This document shows, in pieces, positions 1 to 16,104 of a DNA stretch of 64,000 bases. Every line of letters begins with the position of its first letter. The stretch's first letter is position 1. Source of the stretch: Octopus sinensis. Lineage: Eukaryota. Both the position numbers and the translations under genes were made by a program. The stretch spans positions 80,910,001-80,974,000 of the forward strand of contig NC_042998.1 in assembly GCF_006345805.1 (NCBI RefSeq), in the 5' to 3' direction. The notes under the pieces are model-generated. The model searched no databases and had not been told where the DNA came from. It worked only from the letters and a program-made list of their open reading frames with translations.

Positions 1-168
1 ACCCTAGTACATGAAGAATGATTTATTTTAACTCCTCCCAACAAAATTAAAAGGAACGTCGTCTATGTAGGATTTCCACTACATAGCTAATAATTGTCTT
101 GTAATATTTCTTGCATTTACTGCAGTTGGCAGTAAATATGACAGATAACCTATGGTATATGACGCATG

Positions 169-277
<109 letters not shown>

Positions 278-1589
278 TTGTTAAACCAGACAACAAACGC
301 TAAGGCAAGACAAGAATCTCAAGTCATATACATTAATACTATTAGAATATACGTAATAATAACGTTTATGACTTGAGATGCTTGTCTTGCCTTAGCGTTT
401 GTAGTCCTATTTAACAAATATATATCCGCTATATTGGGAATCTACAATGGCTCCATAATTCCCGTCTCGGCAATGAGCTTGGGGCCCTGGTAATCCGTTA
501 CAGCACTTACCCAGCGTACGTAGTCGCTTAGATCACCTGTGGACTGAACCCCCCATATTTTGTATACATATATATAATATAAACCTTTGATAATTGACGT
601 GTTTTGATTCTATTCAATGAGCTACAGTGCAGAACTATTCTGTAATATAAATGTGCAGTAATTAATACTACTTGAAGTTATTTTGCTATCCTCGTTCGAC
701 GAGTGGATGTTAGCCTGCATTTCAAGTTAAGTAAATGTTGGTTTACATTTCAAGGCTACAATGTATTTCAAGAACACAACATTGCGAATCTAACTGCGTA
801 GTTTTTTTTTTTGTGGGAATGTTCCTTATACTGGCAAAGAGCTTCAATAAAATCATTGTAAAGCAACGGTAATTAGGTACCTGGTATATAACAAAAGATA
901 TTGTTACTTATACAAAGCTAACTTATTGTTTGCTCCTTTACCAGAAGAAAATTCCAGTCAGAAATGTATCTACTTCTGCTTGCATTTAAGAAATGAAAGG
1001 CGATATTCTTGGGTTGCATAATAAATGACAAAACACCATAAAAAATTGAGTGCAGTATGAAATATTTTGAACGGTTGACTGTGACTCTGTCCAATTTAAT
1101 AGTTGGTTTAAACAATTTGAAATATTACTGTGTACTTGGTGGAGCCATGGTTACTATAATCTTACCTGTAACAACATATAGTGTTGATAGCTACACGAAA
1201 AGGCAGCTCATTAGTATTGAAATAAATTTAATGGAAGACACTATTTACTCATTATAACTATAAGGTATATAATAGGACAAATGTGAGTTTGATTCCTTTT
1301 CTTGTATTACTCAGATAAAAGCGCAGTATAGTCGAATATTTAACAAGTTCACTTCGCAACTACGAGATCTGTGTTCGATTCTCCTACGTGGAATTTGAAG
1401 TGGATGCTATTTTCTATAGCCTCGAGTCGATTTATTCTTGTAAGTGAAATTGGGAAGATTGTGGATTGTACTTGTACACAGTGTGTGTTACACTGATTCG
1501 GTCTGTGAATTACGTTCAGAGTACATTCGTCTGAGAATGCCAGGGAAATTATACCTTAAATCCAGGAGCAATTAATTCGATCGAACGAT

Positions 1590-1705
1590 TGAATGCCGAT
1601 CATTAAACAACAGAAATTCCACCACCACCGCCGTCGCCATCGCCACCACCATCACCACTACCACCAGCACCAGCACCGGTGCCAGCAGCACCACTGCTAC
1701 CGTCA

Positions 1706-1739
<34 letters not shown>

Positions 1740-1860
1740 GCCGTCGTTGTCATCTTCTTCAGCTTCCTTATCCTCATCTTGATCATCCCCCACCACCATC
1801 GTCCTCCTTGCTATCGTCCTCGTTGCCATTGTCTATCTAAACGTTATCATAATGATCAGC
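1590..1860. repeat. Compound (CAC/CAT/CAG)n trinucleotide microsatellite
   Basis: Mixed CAC, CAT and CAG runs that explain the poly-His/poly-Ile ORFs. Confidence 0.9.
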
Positions 1861-1938
1861 ATTTCCATCATGCTATCTTCGAATGTTTTCTTTCTGATGC
1901 CGTCTATAGAAATTCGTTTTCACTTTTTCACTTTATTG

Positions 1939-3693
1939 ATGCCTCCAGTCAAGAAAATTTGTCGACAGTACAGTAGTGATTATTTATCGTTTGGATTTAT
2001 TCCCTCTCATCAGAACTGTCAGTTACCAACGTGCCTTTTTTGCCATCAAACATTGACCAACGAAGCAATGAAACCTTCACGCTTGAAGTATCACTTTGAT
2101 GCAAAGCATTCTGACAAGAAGGACAAGCCGTTATACATTTTGTAACTGAGCTCCTCTTTCAAAAAGCAAATACAAACATTCAAAACGCTACTCCAAGGAA
2201 CTAGTAAACAGGAGAATGACAGGTTGATTGTATCGTACAGCATTGTATTGCTTGTTACTAAATCTGGGAAGTCTCACACAATTGGAGAAACACTACTTCG
2301 CCCAGTTCTCGAATAGGTTTTGTCAACCGTTATGCACGAAAAACGCGATAACATTATGAAGAAAATCCCACTTAATAACGACACAATTTCTTGACGCATC
2401 GATGAAATGGCCAACGATGTCGAACACCAGCTTACTAATATTCTCTAGCATTTTGAATTTTCTGTACAAGTCGATGAGTCATCTGTTGTCGACATTCAAT
2501 GTTTGATGATGGAAGATGTTCAGTATTTCAGCGAAGACCTTCAACCTTGTGAGGAAATACTGTTCACAGTGAAATTGCCGGTTGATTCAAGAGGTGCAAC
2601 TATTTTTCACATTCTCAAGTCTTTGCTTTTTGAACATAATATCCCACTCAGTAGTATTCTTGCCTGTGCGTCTGATGGAGCCCCTTCGATGATAGGAAGA
2701 TACAGATGTTTTTCATCTCTCCTAAAGCGGGAAGTTCCCCACCAGATACTAACTGTTTACTGCTTGGCACACCGGCAGCACTTAGAGGCAAAAAATATGA
2801 ACAGTAGATAGAATGATGCGCTACAGTTAATTATCAAGACTGTGAACAAATTGAAGTCCAGTCCTTTGTTTGATCGAATTTTCCGTCAACTCTGTCTGAG
2901 AAATGATGAGGACTATACTAAACTCTTATACCATACCGAAGTGCGGTGGCTGTCAAAAGGAAACTGTGTTTTACGCTTTGTTGAACTGTTTATATCATCT
3001 TTTTCTTTAAAAATACTCCACTATCCGCTTCATTGATGGCTGCAAGGTGCGATATATTTCTCTTTGTGATATATTCACAAAATTAAATTATTTGAATAAG
3101 CTATTGTAAGGAAACAGAAAACTCTCGTCGATTGTAAATCATTTATCACTACCTTCATTTCGAAATTGGTGTTGACTAACATTTTAAAACGTCAATTCCA
3201 TCAATTTCCTCAACCTGATTCTTTGAAAGATGAATTGATTGATGAGGATTTAACTACTTATCACACCTATTTATAATCATTGCTCGGTAACATGGTGGTG
3301 CGATTTCAAGATGTTATGCGCTAAATATTCCAAATTAGTATAGAGCTTGTTGGAGCCAATTGCGAGGATGACGTTCAGGAGGAATTGATAGAATTACAAA
3401 ATGACAATGACGCCACAATGCGATATCACCGTAATAGCAAAGAAGGTTTGTGGTAGCATCAGAGTATACTGAATTCCTACCCCAATCAGTGGAAACATCT
3501 GAAATTACTTTTGCTTTCGTTTCCTACCTCATACCTGGTTGAATCTGGTTTTAACTGTGTTGGAACTTTATTTTCCCATAAAAGAATTGGACTGGATGTG
3601 GCACAACGAAGAGACTTGCAGCTAAAGTTGACAAGTTTGAAACCGAATGTATCTGCACTAGCTGCATCGCACCAGACACATGGTTCTCATTAA
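1939..3693 (+). pseudogene. Decayed hAT transposase, Buster/Charlie (ZBED8/FAM200-like) group
   Basis: Starts MPPVKKICRQYSSDYLSFGF with a BED-type zinc finger (CLFC...MKPSRLKYHFDAKH). Also has ACASDGAPSMIG, HCxxHR-like VYCLAHRQHL, LLYHTEVRWLSKG and the C-terminal FPTSYLVESGF...HQTHGSH*. Many stops and frameshifts. Confidence 0.92.
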
Positions 3694-4055
3694 AAAGTTT
3701 TATTCTTTTCCTTTATAATACAATTATTAATTATTTTTGCATCGGTACTTCTGATCAATGGTTCATTTGGGGGAAAATGAAACTCAGTGTATAGAGTTAA
3801 CGCTAGAATTTTATTTCCACTAATGGCAAAAATAAACCCCTATAAAGGATTTGTAAACAACCACATATTTAGTCCTAACGGCACAAACAGGGCAACGAAT
3901 CTACGATATAGTGTGTGTGGCAAATGATACAGGGGTTCCCAGGGGAGTTTGTGTTGGGGGGGGGGGGTCACGGTTTTTTTTTACAAAGGATGGAGTATTT
4001 TTGGCTGATAGGTGGGCGATATTGCAATTTGGCGCGAAAAGTTTTGGAAACACTG
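3694..4055 (+). mobile_element. Right end of the hAT/Buster element with terminal inverted repeat
   Basis: AAAAGTTTTGGAAACACTG at 4037-4055 is the reverse complement of CAGTGTTTCCAAAACTTTT, a Buster-type TIR. It is followed by GACTATAC, which fits the nnnTAnnn 8-bp target. No left TIR found. Confidence 0.75.
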
Positions 4056-4083
4056 GACTATACAATCAATTCCATGTAGTCAC

Positions 4084-4865
4084 AACAGAAGTTGCTGGAA
4101 AAAAGTAGGTAGGATTGGCTGATAAAAGAAACCAAGACAAAAGAGACCGAGAGCACTATACTGGGGGGTCAATCTGAGGAGTGAGCAAGTGTCTCCGCTG
4201 TGCCGCATCTGCTATAGAGTGGACGTAACCTTTGTCCATATCAAGACCGAATGCCTTAGACTTTCACCAAACCACTACAATTTTTGGCGACTCGATCAGA
4301 TAGCGAAAGTGCTACACTGGAAACTGTGCGAAAAGTGGGAGCTGGAGAAAGGCAAGACGTGATATGAGCACAAATCGCAGAGAGTGACGGAGTCGGAGAC
4401 TAGCAAAATTGGCTGGGATTTCCCAATCCAAACAGATCAGGTACTTGAGCATAACAGACCGGACCTAGTGGTGGACAAGGTGCACAAAATATGCTATATA
4501 GTTGATGTTGCGCGCCCCTTTGAACAACAAATAGTCAAAAAGGAAGGCGAAAAGATAGATACAACCCTCTTAAGTACGAAATAGCCGGGCTATGGAAAAT
4601 GAAGAAGCTGAAGATAGTGCCAATTATTTTTGGATCTTTGGGGACAGTATCAGAAGGAATCAAGAGGATTATAAAAGAAATTGGAATAGAGTACCAGGTA
4701 CAACTGCTACAAAAGGTTTACCTCCTTGGCACGGCCAGAATAATCAAGTAAGTATTAGATAGTTGAAAAGAACGAATAACATTGTACCGTAGGCTGCAGG
4801 TAGTAAGCCCGCTACGCATGCAAGACTTGAGGAGCTGCACCAAAATCTGTGATTAATAGAAAATT
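4084..4865 (+). mobile_element. 5'-truncated non-LTR retrotransposon with restriction-like endonuclease (R4/Dong-like), ending in (AAT/AAC)n
   Basis: Remnants CRIC...HIKTEC (CCHC), LHWKLCEKW, WDFPIQTD...HNRPDLVV-DK...IVDVARP (PD-(D/E)xK) and VPII-GSLG. A short 3' UTR runs into the AAT/AAC tract. Same family as 41341-42090. Confidence 0.88.
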
Positions 4866-4937
4866 ATAATAATAACAACAACAACAACAACAACAACAAT
4901 AATAATAATGATGATGATGATGATAATAATAATAATA

Positions 4938-5018
4938 AGCGTCATCTTGATCTGTTGGTTGTGGACAGCTGACACTTTCTATCATACTCAATAAAATAAG
5001 CTGAAAGTTTTCATCAAA
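4938..5018 (+). mobile_element. ~80-bp 3'-terminal copy of an RLE LINE inside an (AAT)n tract
   Basis: TGTGGACAGCTGACACTTTC...AAAATAAGCTG...TTTCAT matches the 3' UTR at about 40765-40830. AAT runs lie on both sides. Confidence 0.75.
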
Positions 5019-5048
5019 TAACAATAACAATAATAATAATAATAATAA

Positions 5049-5108
<60 letters not shown>

Positions 5109-5588
5109 CAGCAGTAGTAGTAGTAGTAAAGATAATAACCACTCATTCAATTATCTAGGAAAGACGAAGCAACTAAAATATGGCACACAGAAATGAAATT
5201 AGCAGAGAATATTTCAAATGATTTAGACTAATATTAGAAATAAGATAATAGGGATAAACACGCTAGCCATTCCAGCCATAAATTACAACTTCAACACAAT
5301 AAATTGAAAGATCAGTGAATTGAAGATTCCCTGAAGGAGATAGAAAAACCACAAAAAAAAAAAACATTATTAAATGATATATCGAAGTCACCACCCCGAA
5401 GCTGTCACAGACAGAATATTATTACCCCGCGTAGAAGGAGGTCGCGGCCTGACACAGATAGAGAACTGCGCTATGTAGTTTGAAACGAAAAGTAGAAGAT
5501 TGCTACGTGTAATAACGCAGCGCACAGAGATACACACAGGCACACACAGACACAGACACACACAGACACAGACACAGACAGACAGACA

Positions 5589-5622
<34 letters not shown>

Positions 5623-5689
5623 ACACACACACACACACACAAGAAAACGCTTTTCACTAAATACAAAACAGAAACAAACTATACTGTTA

Positions 5690-7060
<1,371 letters not shown>

Positions 7061-7514
7061 AGTGAAGGGAAAATTTAACTTCGGCGAAATTTGAACTCGC
7101 AACACGAGCAACCGGAAGAAGTACAGCCAACGACCTAGCGAGTCTGCTAGCGATCGCCTGGCGGGTAATTAATATACGAATATCGTATATCAATGATATT
7201 TTGATATCGAGCCCAAATTTGACATTAATTTAATTTATTTATTATATTAGCTCGAATGTTGGCTTCGTTTGTTGAAAAATATGTTATTGATATGATACAA
7301 TTCATTCTTTATTCCTTTGTGTCTCTTACGTGAGTTTCATCATATGAAGAATGATTTCCCAAATATCTTATCTTGGGATTTACCATGAACTATTCTTTGA
7401 CACGATAATGTTATAAGATTTCGATTACATTTTGGCTTTGATTGAAAAGAACTGGCACAAAAGAAATACAAGAAAGGAAACAATATACTCTCGTATGCCA
7501 GATAGTGGAATCTT

Positions 7515-7855
7515 TTGGCAAATATATATTAATTTATATTTTGACAAATATCCTTTATTTTAGGATTGGTTACGAAGCGGGTATTATGACGTTCGTAATT
7601 TTCATGAGTAGGGGAATTGAAAAGGCTTAAGCCGTGAATGCTAATCTCAAAGAATTCGGTTTTATGATAGATATTGGAATCTCTAGACAAATGTTTATTA
7701 ATATTTATATTGACAAACACCCTTTATTTAAGGATTGGGAGATAAAGGGATGTTGTAACTCTCATGATTTTCATGACTAGAGGAATTGAAAAAAAAAAAG
7801 CTTTAAGCTATGCATGCTAACCTTATAATGAATTTGGCTCATCTGAATATATTGC
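7515..7855. repeat. Diverged ~168-bp tandem duplication
   Basis: GACAAATATCCTTTATTTAGGATTGG...TTTTCATGAGTAGGGGAATTGAAAA recurs as GACAAACACCTTTATTTAAGGATTGG...TTTTCATGACTAGAGGAATTGAAAA. Confidence 0.75.
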
Positions 7856-10800
7856 CTGCTTTGCAGTCCAAACGATTATATTTATATAAATAAATAGATA
7901 TCAATCATTGTTGTGACCAAAAGGAAATGGCATCAACTAAGAATCAAAATCCAAATGTAATATCATGTTACAGTAAATAATTTTTTCTTTATTTTATACG
8001 GAAAAATATTTTAAGGAAAGATATATTTTATCCTACACTTTTCAAAGATAGAGCCGATTTAGCAATATATATGTATCTATATGTGATCGATCTGCTCTAT
8101 TGACATTTTCATAGATGAATTTCCAATCGGATAAACGTTCATTAAAGTACACTTTCTAGAAACATGGAGCATCTATCGCAAGCTGAAGTTAGGCGTCGCA
8201 GACTCAAATCTCCAGAAAGCTCATTCTCTATTTTGCTGCGTTTCTTGTTGGTCATTTCGCTATGAATCAATACTTTTATCGGATCTGTATGTTCAAATCC
8301 GACGTGGTCAATTCACCTGTCATAATTCCTGACCAATAAATAAAGTAACAGTTTTGTACTGTAATCAATGAAATAGACTGTATTAGCAGTATCATTCGAA
8401 CGTCGAATGAAGTGCCTTGCAACATTTGTTCCAGTTATTTTCTTCGTGCGTTCAGATCTCCGTCGCAATTAAGTTTGCCTATCCTCCTTCAGAAATCGTT
8501 AAAATAAACTACCAGACAAGTAGTGAGGTTCATTTAATCGATTAACCTCCAGTCATAGATTTTAGGGACAAGACCACAAATTCATGGTTAGAAAGAACTT
8601 AGTAAGAATTACAAATTCTTAGCAGAATATTTATTTCTTTAAGAAACAATTATTTCTTCCACTATTCTTATTTCCTTGAAATTTAGATGGTGGAAGCGAC
8701 AGAGCGGCAACCGAAATAACTTGTTTTGTTTAGTTCAACTCTATTAAATTCCATTGTTTTAAATGTTACCATCTCCCTCTCCGAAGTGGCACAATTAAGT
8801 AACACTCATACACCTGGTTCTGCCCCCCCCCCAATGTTGTGATCTTGTACGTATGTTAAAGATTTTATATTTTTCAAGGGCGATAGATTGGTAGAATCAC
8901 ATTTTTATTTCAAATGAAGCCGAAGTCAACGTTGCCTTTCATCTCTCTGGATTCAATGAAATAAACTAGTTGTGCACCGAAGGTTAATGCAAATCACTGG
9001 CTTCTTTCTCTCAAAATGCTGGCCTTGTTCCTACATAAGATCCTATAATATATTTTCGAGAGGAGTGGGGTAGGTCGTATAAAAACATCCTTACTGGATT
9101 CGGTTCCCAGTCGGATGCGCTATTGTAGCTAAGTCTATAAGACCCTTACGTGTTACGTATATGGACCATGGATAGCATGAAGTGCTTGGACTGCAACTCT
9201 CAACTGATTGTCCATTACCTTTTGATATTCTAATTCGCTCACTCAACATATGACACTGCAGCATGCAGTAAGTATATTAGTCATACTGTCTCTCTTCACT
9301 CATTACAAAATCAGATTTTACTTGTACTGTGTTTCTGTGAGCGATATTAAATTACATTCAACTTATTCAATAAAATCCATTTGTTATTAGATTTAAGACA
9401 TGCCGTTAGAAATATTATAGTATTGGAGAAAATATCTGAATACTCTTATGTAAATACTATCCCTCTGATACCTGACCCGAATACCTCTGCTTCTAGAATG
9501 AAATCAAACAATGTTATGGACATTATTTGACTGCAGATAATATACAAAAGCCAACTGGGTTATTACTTTAGTGATGGCTGTTGTAAAATTCGTCTAGATT
9601 ATATATAATTTTGGTTGTATAATAATATCATCTTGTTATTCATTTAGTACACTACTTCGAGCATGTATAATATATAAATGACATCAAGAATAATAACTTT
9701 CGTTAAAAGTGAGGATGTATGTGTGTGGACGCTCGACCTTCTTGAAATAGCTGTAAAATCTTCCTCATATTATTTGCCACCACATTAAAATGGAGAAAAA
9801 TGCATAGGACAATGTGGTTCTGAATGTACACTGCCTAAAAAAAAAAGACGGGATGTTCACCATTAGAAACTTTTTAAGGTGTACTCCATTAGAACTGGCC
9901 TAGTGCTGAGCAATAACCACAGCATCTTCAGCATATTATCAAGTAGCATCAGTATAGAGAATGTGAGAGTTGGGGAAAGCAGTTAAGAGTTAAATTAAGT
10001 TTAATTATACATCAAGGAGTGATTAGCAGTTCTGTAAAACTGATAGGTTATATGTTGACTCGCAATACTTGGAAATTTGCAACGAATTATTGGCATCCCC
10101 TGAAGAAGGAGGTATACTTCGAATTTGCTTAATGCTTTTACAAATAGGCAACAAAAGCACGGCTTTGCTTTTGTTATTGTTTAGTTCCAGGTCAATTCTA
10201 ATTAAGCACATCTAAGATCAATGAGGTTTCAGTCCTGATAAATAATGTAATTTATTCCCCAAACAAATTCTCTAACTGTTTACTTTCACACACCGAAGCT
10301 GTATGGGAGTAAAAAGTTGCAGTAATTGAAGGCACTGAGATGTATGATGAAAGGGAAAAGAAAAGCATTTGTACAAAATGTTACAAAAGTCTTTATATTT
10401 CTTTTAAAAGCAAGGAGAGTTGGGTTCGGGAAAATAGAAATAATTTGAGGGCCAGGAAAAAAAAGTGAAGTTTGTTGTTTTAGTCTGCTGAAGCGGCCAA
10501 ACTAACGAGTGAAGTGTGCTACACTGGGTCTCTCTATTAGTGGGTGCGTACGCATAGGATACTAGCACCTAAACGCTCTGGATAGAATGGCTTAGTGTAC
10601 AAATTTCATTTCATTGCTCATTTAAGATAACCCTTATGCTGGAGGATTTGTGCATTTCTTTTGATTCACGAAAGGAATACAAATCAATTTCCGTACACGT
10701 GACAGAGTTGAAGAGATTGAAAGAAGGTCATCGCAGTTTTTGTATGAGTAGTGTATGAAGAAAGCACCAAGGTACAAGTGCATACCAGTGGGCTTATAAT

Positions 10801-11419
10801 GTACAATAGGAAAAATGTCATCGACAGAAACGAAAAAAGTCGATAGCGACGATAATGAAGTGTTGTAAATAGTAGACATTCCAAAGCAGGTTGGGAGGTT
10901 TTCACTTAAGGAAAGAAGAAAGTGAATTTGTCTCTATAGAGTCGCCGATATAATAATGTTGCAACGTTGCAATACTGGGGTGGATTTATTAAATTGAGAG
11001 AAAAATAGGTTTTAAAGTAGCCCTCAAAGAGATTAGCATAACTAGGATCCATCATTGTACCCATGATCACATCGATGGGTTGCTGGTAGAACTCACCGTA
11101 GAACGAACAAAATCATGTTCAGTTAAACAATTTAAGAGCGGTGTTGCAAGATCCATGTAAAAGGAAAATCATTATGGGAGACATAAATAACATAGGCGTG
11201 TATAGCATTAGTGTGACAATTACGAGCTTTTGATTTACTTATTGGTTTGGCACAGCAATACTTCGATTTTAGCCATTTGATTATTTGACACTTTTTGTGT
11301 GTCTTATATTTGTCCCATTTGAAAATCTATTCATTCGATATTTATTTACTTGTGTTTTAACGGTTTATTGTTGCTTGTGTTTAGAGTAGATTACTTAATT
11401 ACGAAAATAATTCAATTGT

Positions 11420-12760
11420 GCATTTTCATTTCAGCCACTTCTGACAACAGGGAAAGAGACACTCCGCAGTCGCTAGACCTAGTTGAAATATCTTCCTCAT
11501 ATTTGAAGAGCGAATTTTCACCTATTGCCATGCAAACAAAGTAATATTAGAATAATGACAATAACCAAAATATTGCTAATGTATCTACCACTCGTTGTGC
11601 ATCTACAAATATCAATAGGTCGTAGATAACTTCTGGTGATCTTGGCAAAGTATTTACTGGATTTCTAGGAAAAGGTAGGCTGACTAATATATAACAAATT
11701 TTCTAAAGAACATGAACTAAGGAATAACCGTTTACAAAATGCTTAAACATTGCTTAAACACGAGCTTCTTTATGGTAATATACCTGTTTATAGCAAGGTG
11801 AATGAACGTGTGGGAATGTATAACTCTTGTCATAATGTCCTCGTTATTATGGCAGCATGATATAAGCCATAAGGTTTTGGAATGGCTGTGTGATACTATC
11901 ATTAGTGGCGTTCGAGCAGTGTATCAAAAGTATCACTTCAAGCTTAAAATATTGTCGGGAATAAGGACGGCGAGCTGGCAGGATCGTTAACATGCCGGAT
12001 AAAATGCTTAGCAGCATTTCGTCCAGATTTACGTTTCGAGTTCAGATTTCACCGAGGTCGACTTTGACTTTGCCTTTTCCTTTCAGCCTTTGAAAGTCCA
12101 TGAGATCAGTACTAGGGTTGCTGTAATCGACTTAACACCTCCCCTAAAACTGCAGGCCTTGAGCCTAAATTTGAAATCGATATTATAGGGAGTATAACTG
12201 TCATTGGACTTCATAGAAATGTAGAAAGAAATCTTATAGAAACAATCTCTCTTCATCAAATGCTTACTCGTCTTAAACTGGAAATACGCCAGCATATCAA
12301 AACAACTCCGCCTTCAACTTAATTATATATTTTCTTCAAAGTAAGGAAATTGAGATGTAGTTTTGTTTTGGAGGGTATCTAGAACAAATGGAACAAAACC
12401 ACGTTGAAAATTTATGCCAGATATTATAGCCGACTCAACATTTTTGAGATTAGTAAAAAATTAATAGAAATTTATTACTGGAAGCTGTTCAGAAAACTTT
12501 TGAGAGTTTAATATAGAGAGAAAATAAAGATGAAAAAAGAAAGACTTTTTAGTGAATGATTAAAGAGACTTAAAATGTACAAAATAATCCTGCCAGAAGC
12601 ATGGATTATTACATTCATATTACGAATAAAAATATGAATCCAACAAATGGGTTGCAACAAAAGAAAGAATTGTTTTGTTTTGAATAATATTAAGATTTTG
12701 CTGATGTTTTATATTTGATGTAATTCGAAGTAAATCAACTCTAAACACTTTTCTTTCTTT
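11420..12760 (+). mobile_element. Possible very old hAT (Ac/Tip100-type) transposase remnant interrupted by a SINE
   Basis: Only fragmentary motifs across frames (DLGKVFTG..., YSKVNE-V); no continuous ORF. Confidence 0.3.
11964..12180 (+). mobile_element. tRNA-headed SINE, family A
   Basis: GGCGAGCTGGCAG head, GAGTTCA(G/A)ATT B-box-like motif and GAGGTCGACTTTG core. Other copies at about 17418-17636, 19466-19662, 28133-28310, 53518-53712, 55790-55932 (-) and 63054-63778. Confidence 0.85.
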
Positions 12761-12779
12761 TCCAGCGGATTCATATGTT

Positions 12780-15700
12780 TTCCATCACGGACATTCCAAT
12801 TATGCAAAAATAATACCTTTCATTTTCAATTCCCTGTCCCTACTCCTAATTTTTACATTTTCACTTCTTTCAAAATAATTCCATACTCCTTCCCTAATGC
12901 AGGCGCCGAGCAATCTTTTACATTTCTTCAGGCAATTTCTTACATTTTCAATTCTTTTCAATTTCTTACATTAAGAATAGGGGAATAGGGTACTTGATAC
13001 CGAGCGAAAACACTCCCACTTCTTTCAGTTTTCCTTACTGAAATGCGTGCCATTGCACACATTAAAATTTCACGAGGCTGTTTTATCTTCTTCCTTAATG
13101 TGGACCTGCAGACCTACCAACTTACCTTTAACCATTCCTACACTCACATGCAGCATCAACGGCAGCTTCTGCCCCACGAGCACCACTAAATAAAGCTAAG
13201 CAATTCATCCAATTGCTCTTTCATTAAACTTTCCCTATCCGATCTATACGACAAAGCAGCCATACATTGACAAACAACACCCAAAATTCATGTCCACACA
13301 AACGACAACATCCGCAGCGCAATTCATAACCACTTTCTCATTTGCTCTTACCATTTCTCTTGCCTTGCCTTTCACATCTGTTTCCATTTTCATTTTCATG
13401 TCATAACACTAATATCATCTAATTTTACACATTTACCGTTATATTACCGCAGCAGTTGCAAGTTTGCAACTTATCTACAGTTACATACTAACCCTTCAAT
13501 TAATATTCCATACTTAACAGTGTATCTCACTGCATTTCATCATGCTTAATTTAGATCTGCAAGATCATCAGTAAGGAGAGCCAATGAATCGTCGGTCGAA
13601 ACTGACATTAGACGATCACAAAATGCTAAACGTACAGTCACTTCAAGAGCACTCCAAACAGATCACCAGCGTACACTTCGACGAACTGCAGATGCTGCTT
13701 CAACTGCTGCTGCACGAGCTGCAGAGACTGAACACCACTATCGGATGGGACGGTACGTAAGTAGCAACTAGGCTTTCTGGCGCATCTTTGGCTTTCCACT
13801 TCACCAACGACACCCCGCCATTCAGCAGCTTGCAGTGCACCTGGAAAACGGTCAAAGTGTGTACTTCACCGATGCTAATGCTTCTCTATTGGCAGAGGAA
13901 CCAAGGGATAGCTCACTGCATTCTTCAAGTTTTGTCAAGTGAATCCATTCGCTCAAACCTTACTGTATCTTCAGATTCCATTGTACTACACTTCAAATGG
14001 AAAAAAATGGGCCCCATGGAAAGCAGGTGACAATGTTCATGGATACTCTGGCATTAAGTTTTACACTTGCTTTGGGCGAGTATACACAGTGCATCCCACT
14101 CAACAAGAGTGCTTCTACCTCCGTCCACTACAGCATGAGGTCAGAGGGACAACGTGTTTTCAGGCATTAAAAACCGTTCATGGACATCTCTGCACAACAT
14201 ACAGAGAAACCTGCTATCGACAAGATCTGTTAGAAGATGGTGTACAATGGGATGCAACTTTGGGAGAGGCTGCTTTATCAGAATCACCTAAAAGTCTCAG
14301 GGCACTATTTGCAGTTTTACTACAGACATGCGAACTGTGTGATCCTGCCACTCTATGGCTCAAATACAGAGACAAACCTGGCTGAAGACTTTCAGCGGCA
14401 AGCTCAACTGCTCTATCCTGACATGGAGGGTATTAGCAATGAAGTCTACAACAAAACTATCATTGACACTGAAGACTGAAGAGCTACACTGGGTGGAAAT
14501 GAATTGTCCACGTATGACCTGCCACAAACATTAAGGTCAGGGTCAAATAGCCTTCCCACTGCTGTCATTCGTGAAACATCCTACGACACTCAAGCGGTTT
14601 CAAAGTACATTGTTGAAAATGAGCCTAAATTACTTCCGGACCAGCTGCAGGCCTACAGAACTATTCTTAACAGTGTACGCCAACGCGAGGGACGAATCTT
14701 CTTTCTCGATGCTCCTGGAGGGACAGGAAAAACATTTATTACAAAGCTTCTCCTTGCAGAAGTTAGGCAGCATCAGGGCATTGCAGTAACTGTAGCCTCC
14801 TCTGGCATTGCAGCTACTTTGTTACACGGTGGCAGGACAGCACACTCGACTTTTAAACTCTCTCTCAATTTAGCAGCATCCGAGATGCCTTCATGCAACA
14901 TCAACAAAAGCTCAGATCAGGGGCACGTACTTAAAAGGTGTCATCTAATTGTTTGGGATGAGTGCACCATGGTTCACAAGGGAGCTTTGGAAGCATTAGA
15001 TAGAGCCCTGAAAGACATCCGAGACTGTTATCTCCAATGGGAGGTGTAACGCTTCAGTTGTCAGGGGATTTTAAGCAAACTCTTCCTGTCATTCCGAAAG
15101 GCACTAGAGCAGATGAGGTCCAAGCATATCTAAAGTCCTCTACCCTGTGGCATCATGTTACGATCCTCAGTCTTACTACTAACATGAAAGCTCAGCTACA
15201 AGGCGACCAAATGTCCACAAAGTTTGCACAAGTCATTTTGACACTTGGTGATGGCAAGGTGCCTCTCGACGCTGCAGGACAAATGGAAATGTGGCCGAGC
15301 TCAAACACAAAGTTTTTTCCCAACTTCACAGAAAACTACCAAAATCACAATTGGCTGTGCGAAAAAGCAATATTAGCTCCAAAAAACGTCGCTGTTAAAA
15401 AAATTAATGAACGGCTAATGCATTCTCTTCCCGGCACTATTCACACTTACAAGTCTGTTGATACAATTCCAGATAAAAATGAAGTGGTGAACTATCCTCC
15501 TGAATTTCTCAATTCGTTGGAGCCTCCTCGACTATCTCCCCACATATTAGCACTTAAATTTGGAACTCTTGTAATGCTACTTCGCAATCTGGAACCACCA
15601 CGACTTTGCAATGGAACACGACTGGTGATAAAGAAAATGATGTCACACGTTATCGAGGCGATCATTCTTTCTGGATGTGGGAAAGGCGATGACGTCTTTA

Positions 15701-16068
15701 TTCCAAGAATTCCTCTAACTCCATCAGGAGCAGAAATTCCATTTACATTCAGAAGACTGCAATTCCCCCCTCGTATCAGCTTTGCCATGCCCCTTAACAA
15801 ATCTCAGGGTCAAACCCTCTCTGTAGCTGGTCTTCTCTTGGAAGAGCCCTGCTTCTCGCATGGACAACTGTATGTTGGAGCTCAAGAATGGGAAGCAAAA
15901 GAAACCCCTTTGCATATGCTCCACAAGGAAAAACAAGGAACATTGTTTACAACGAAGTGTTATAATCACAGCAGCCAGGAGGTATGTACATGATCACCTT
16001 TTTGACCAAATTGATGTACTTTCATGTATTTATATTGATATACATACATACATAGATACATACATAGA

Positions 16069-16104
<36 letters not shown>

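Noticed and set aside
1470-1938. Left TIR and TSD of the hAT element
   Set aside because: No CAGTGTTTCC-like end or GACTATAC copy was found. CAGTGTGTGTTACACTG at about 1479 belongs to a SINE remnant.
10634-10905. Short non-repetitive ORFs as host exons
   Set aside because: No recognisable domain and no consistent splice context.
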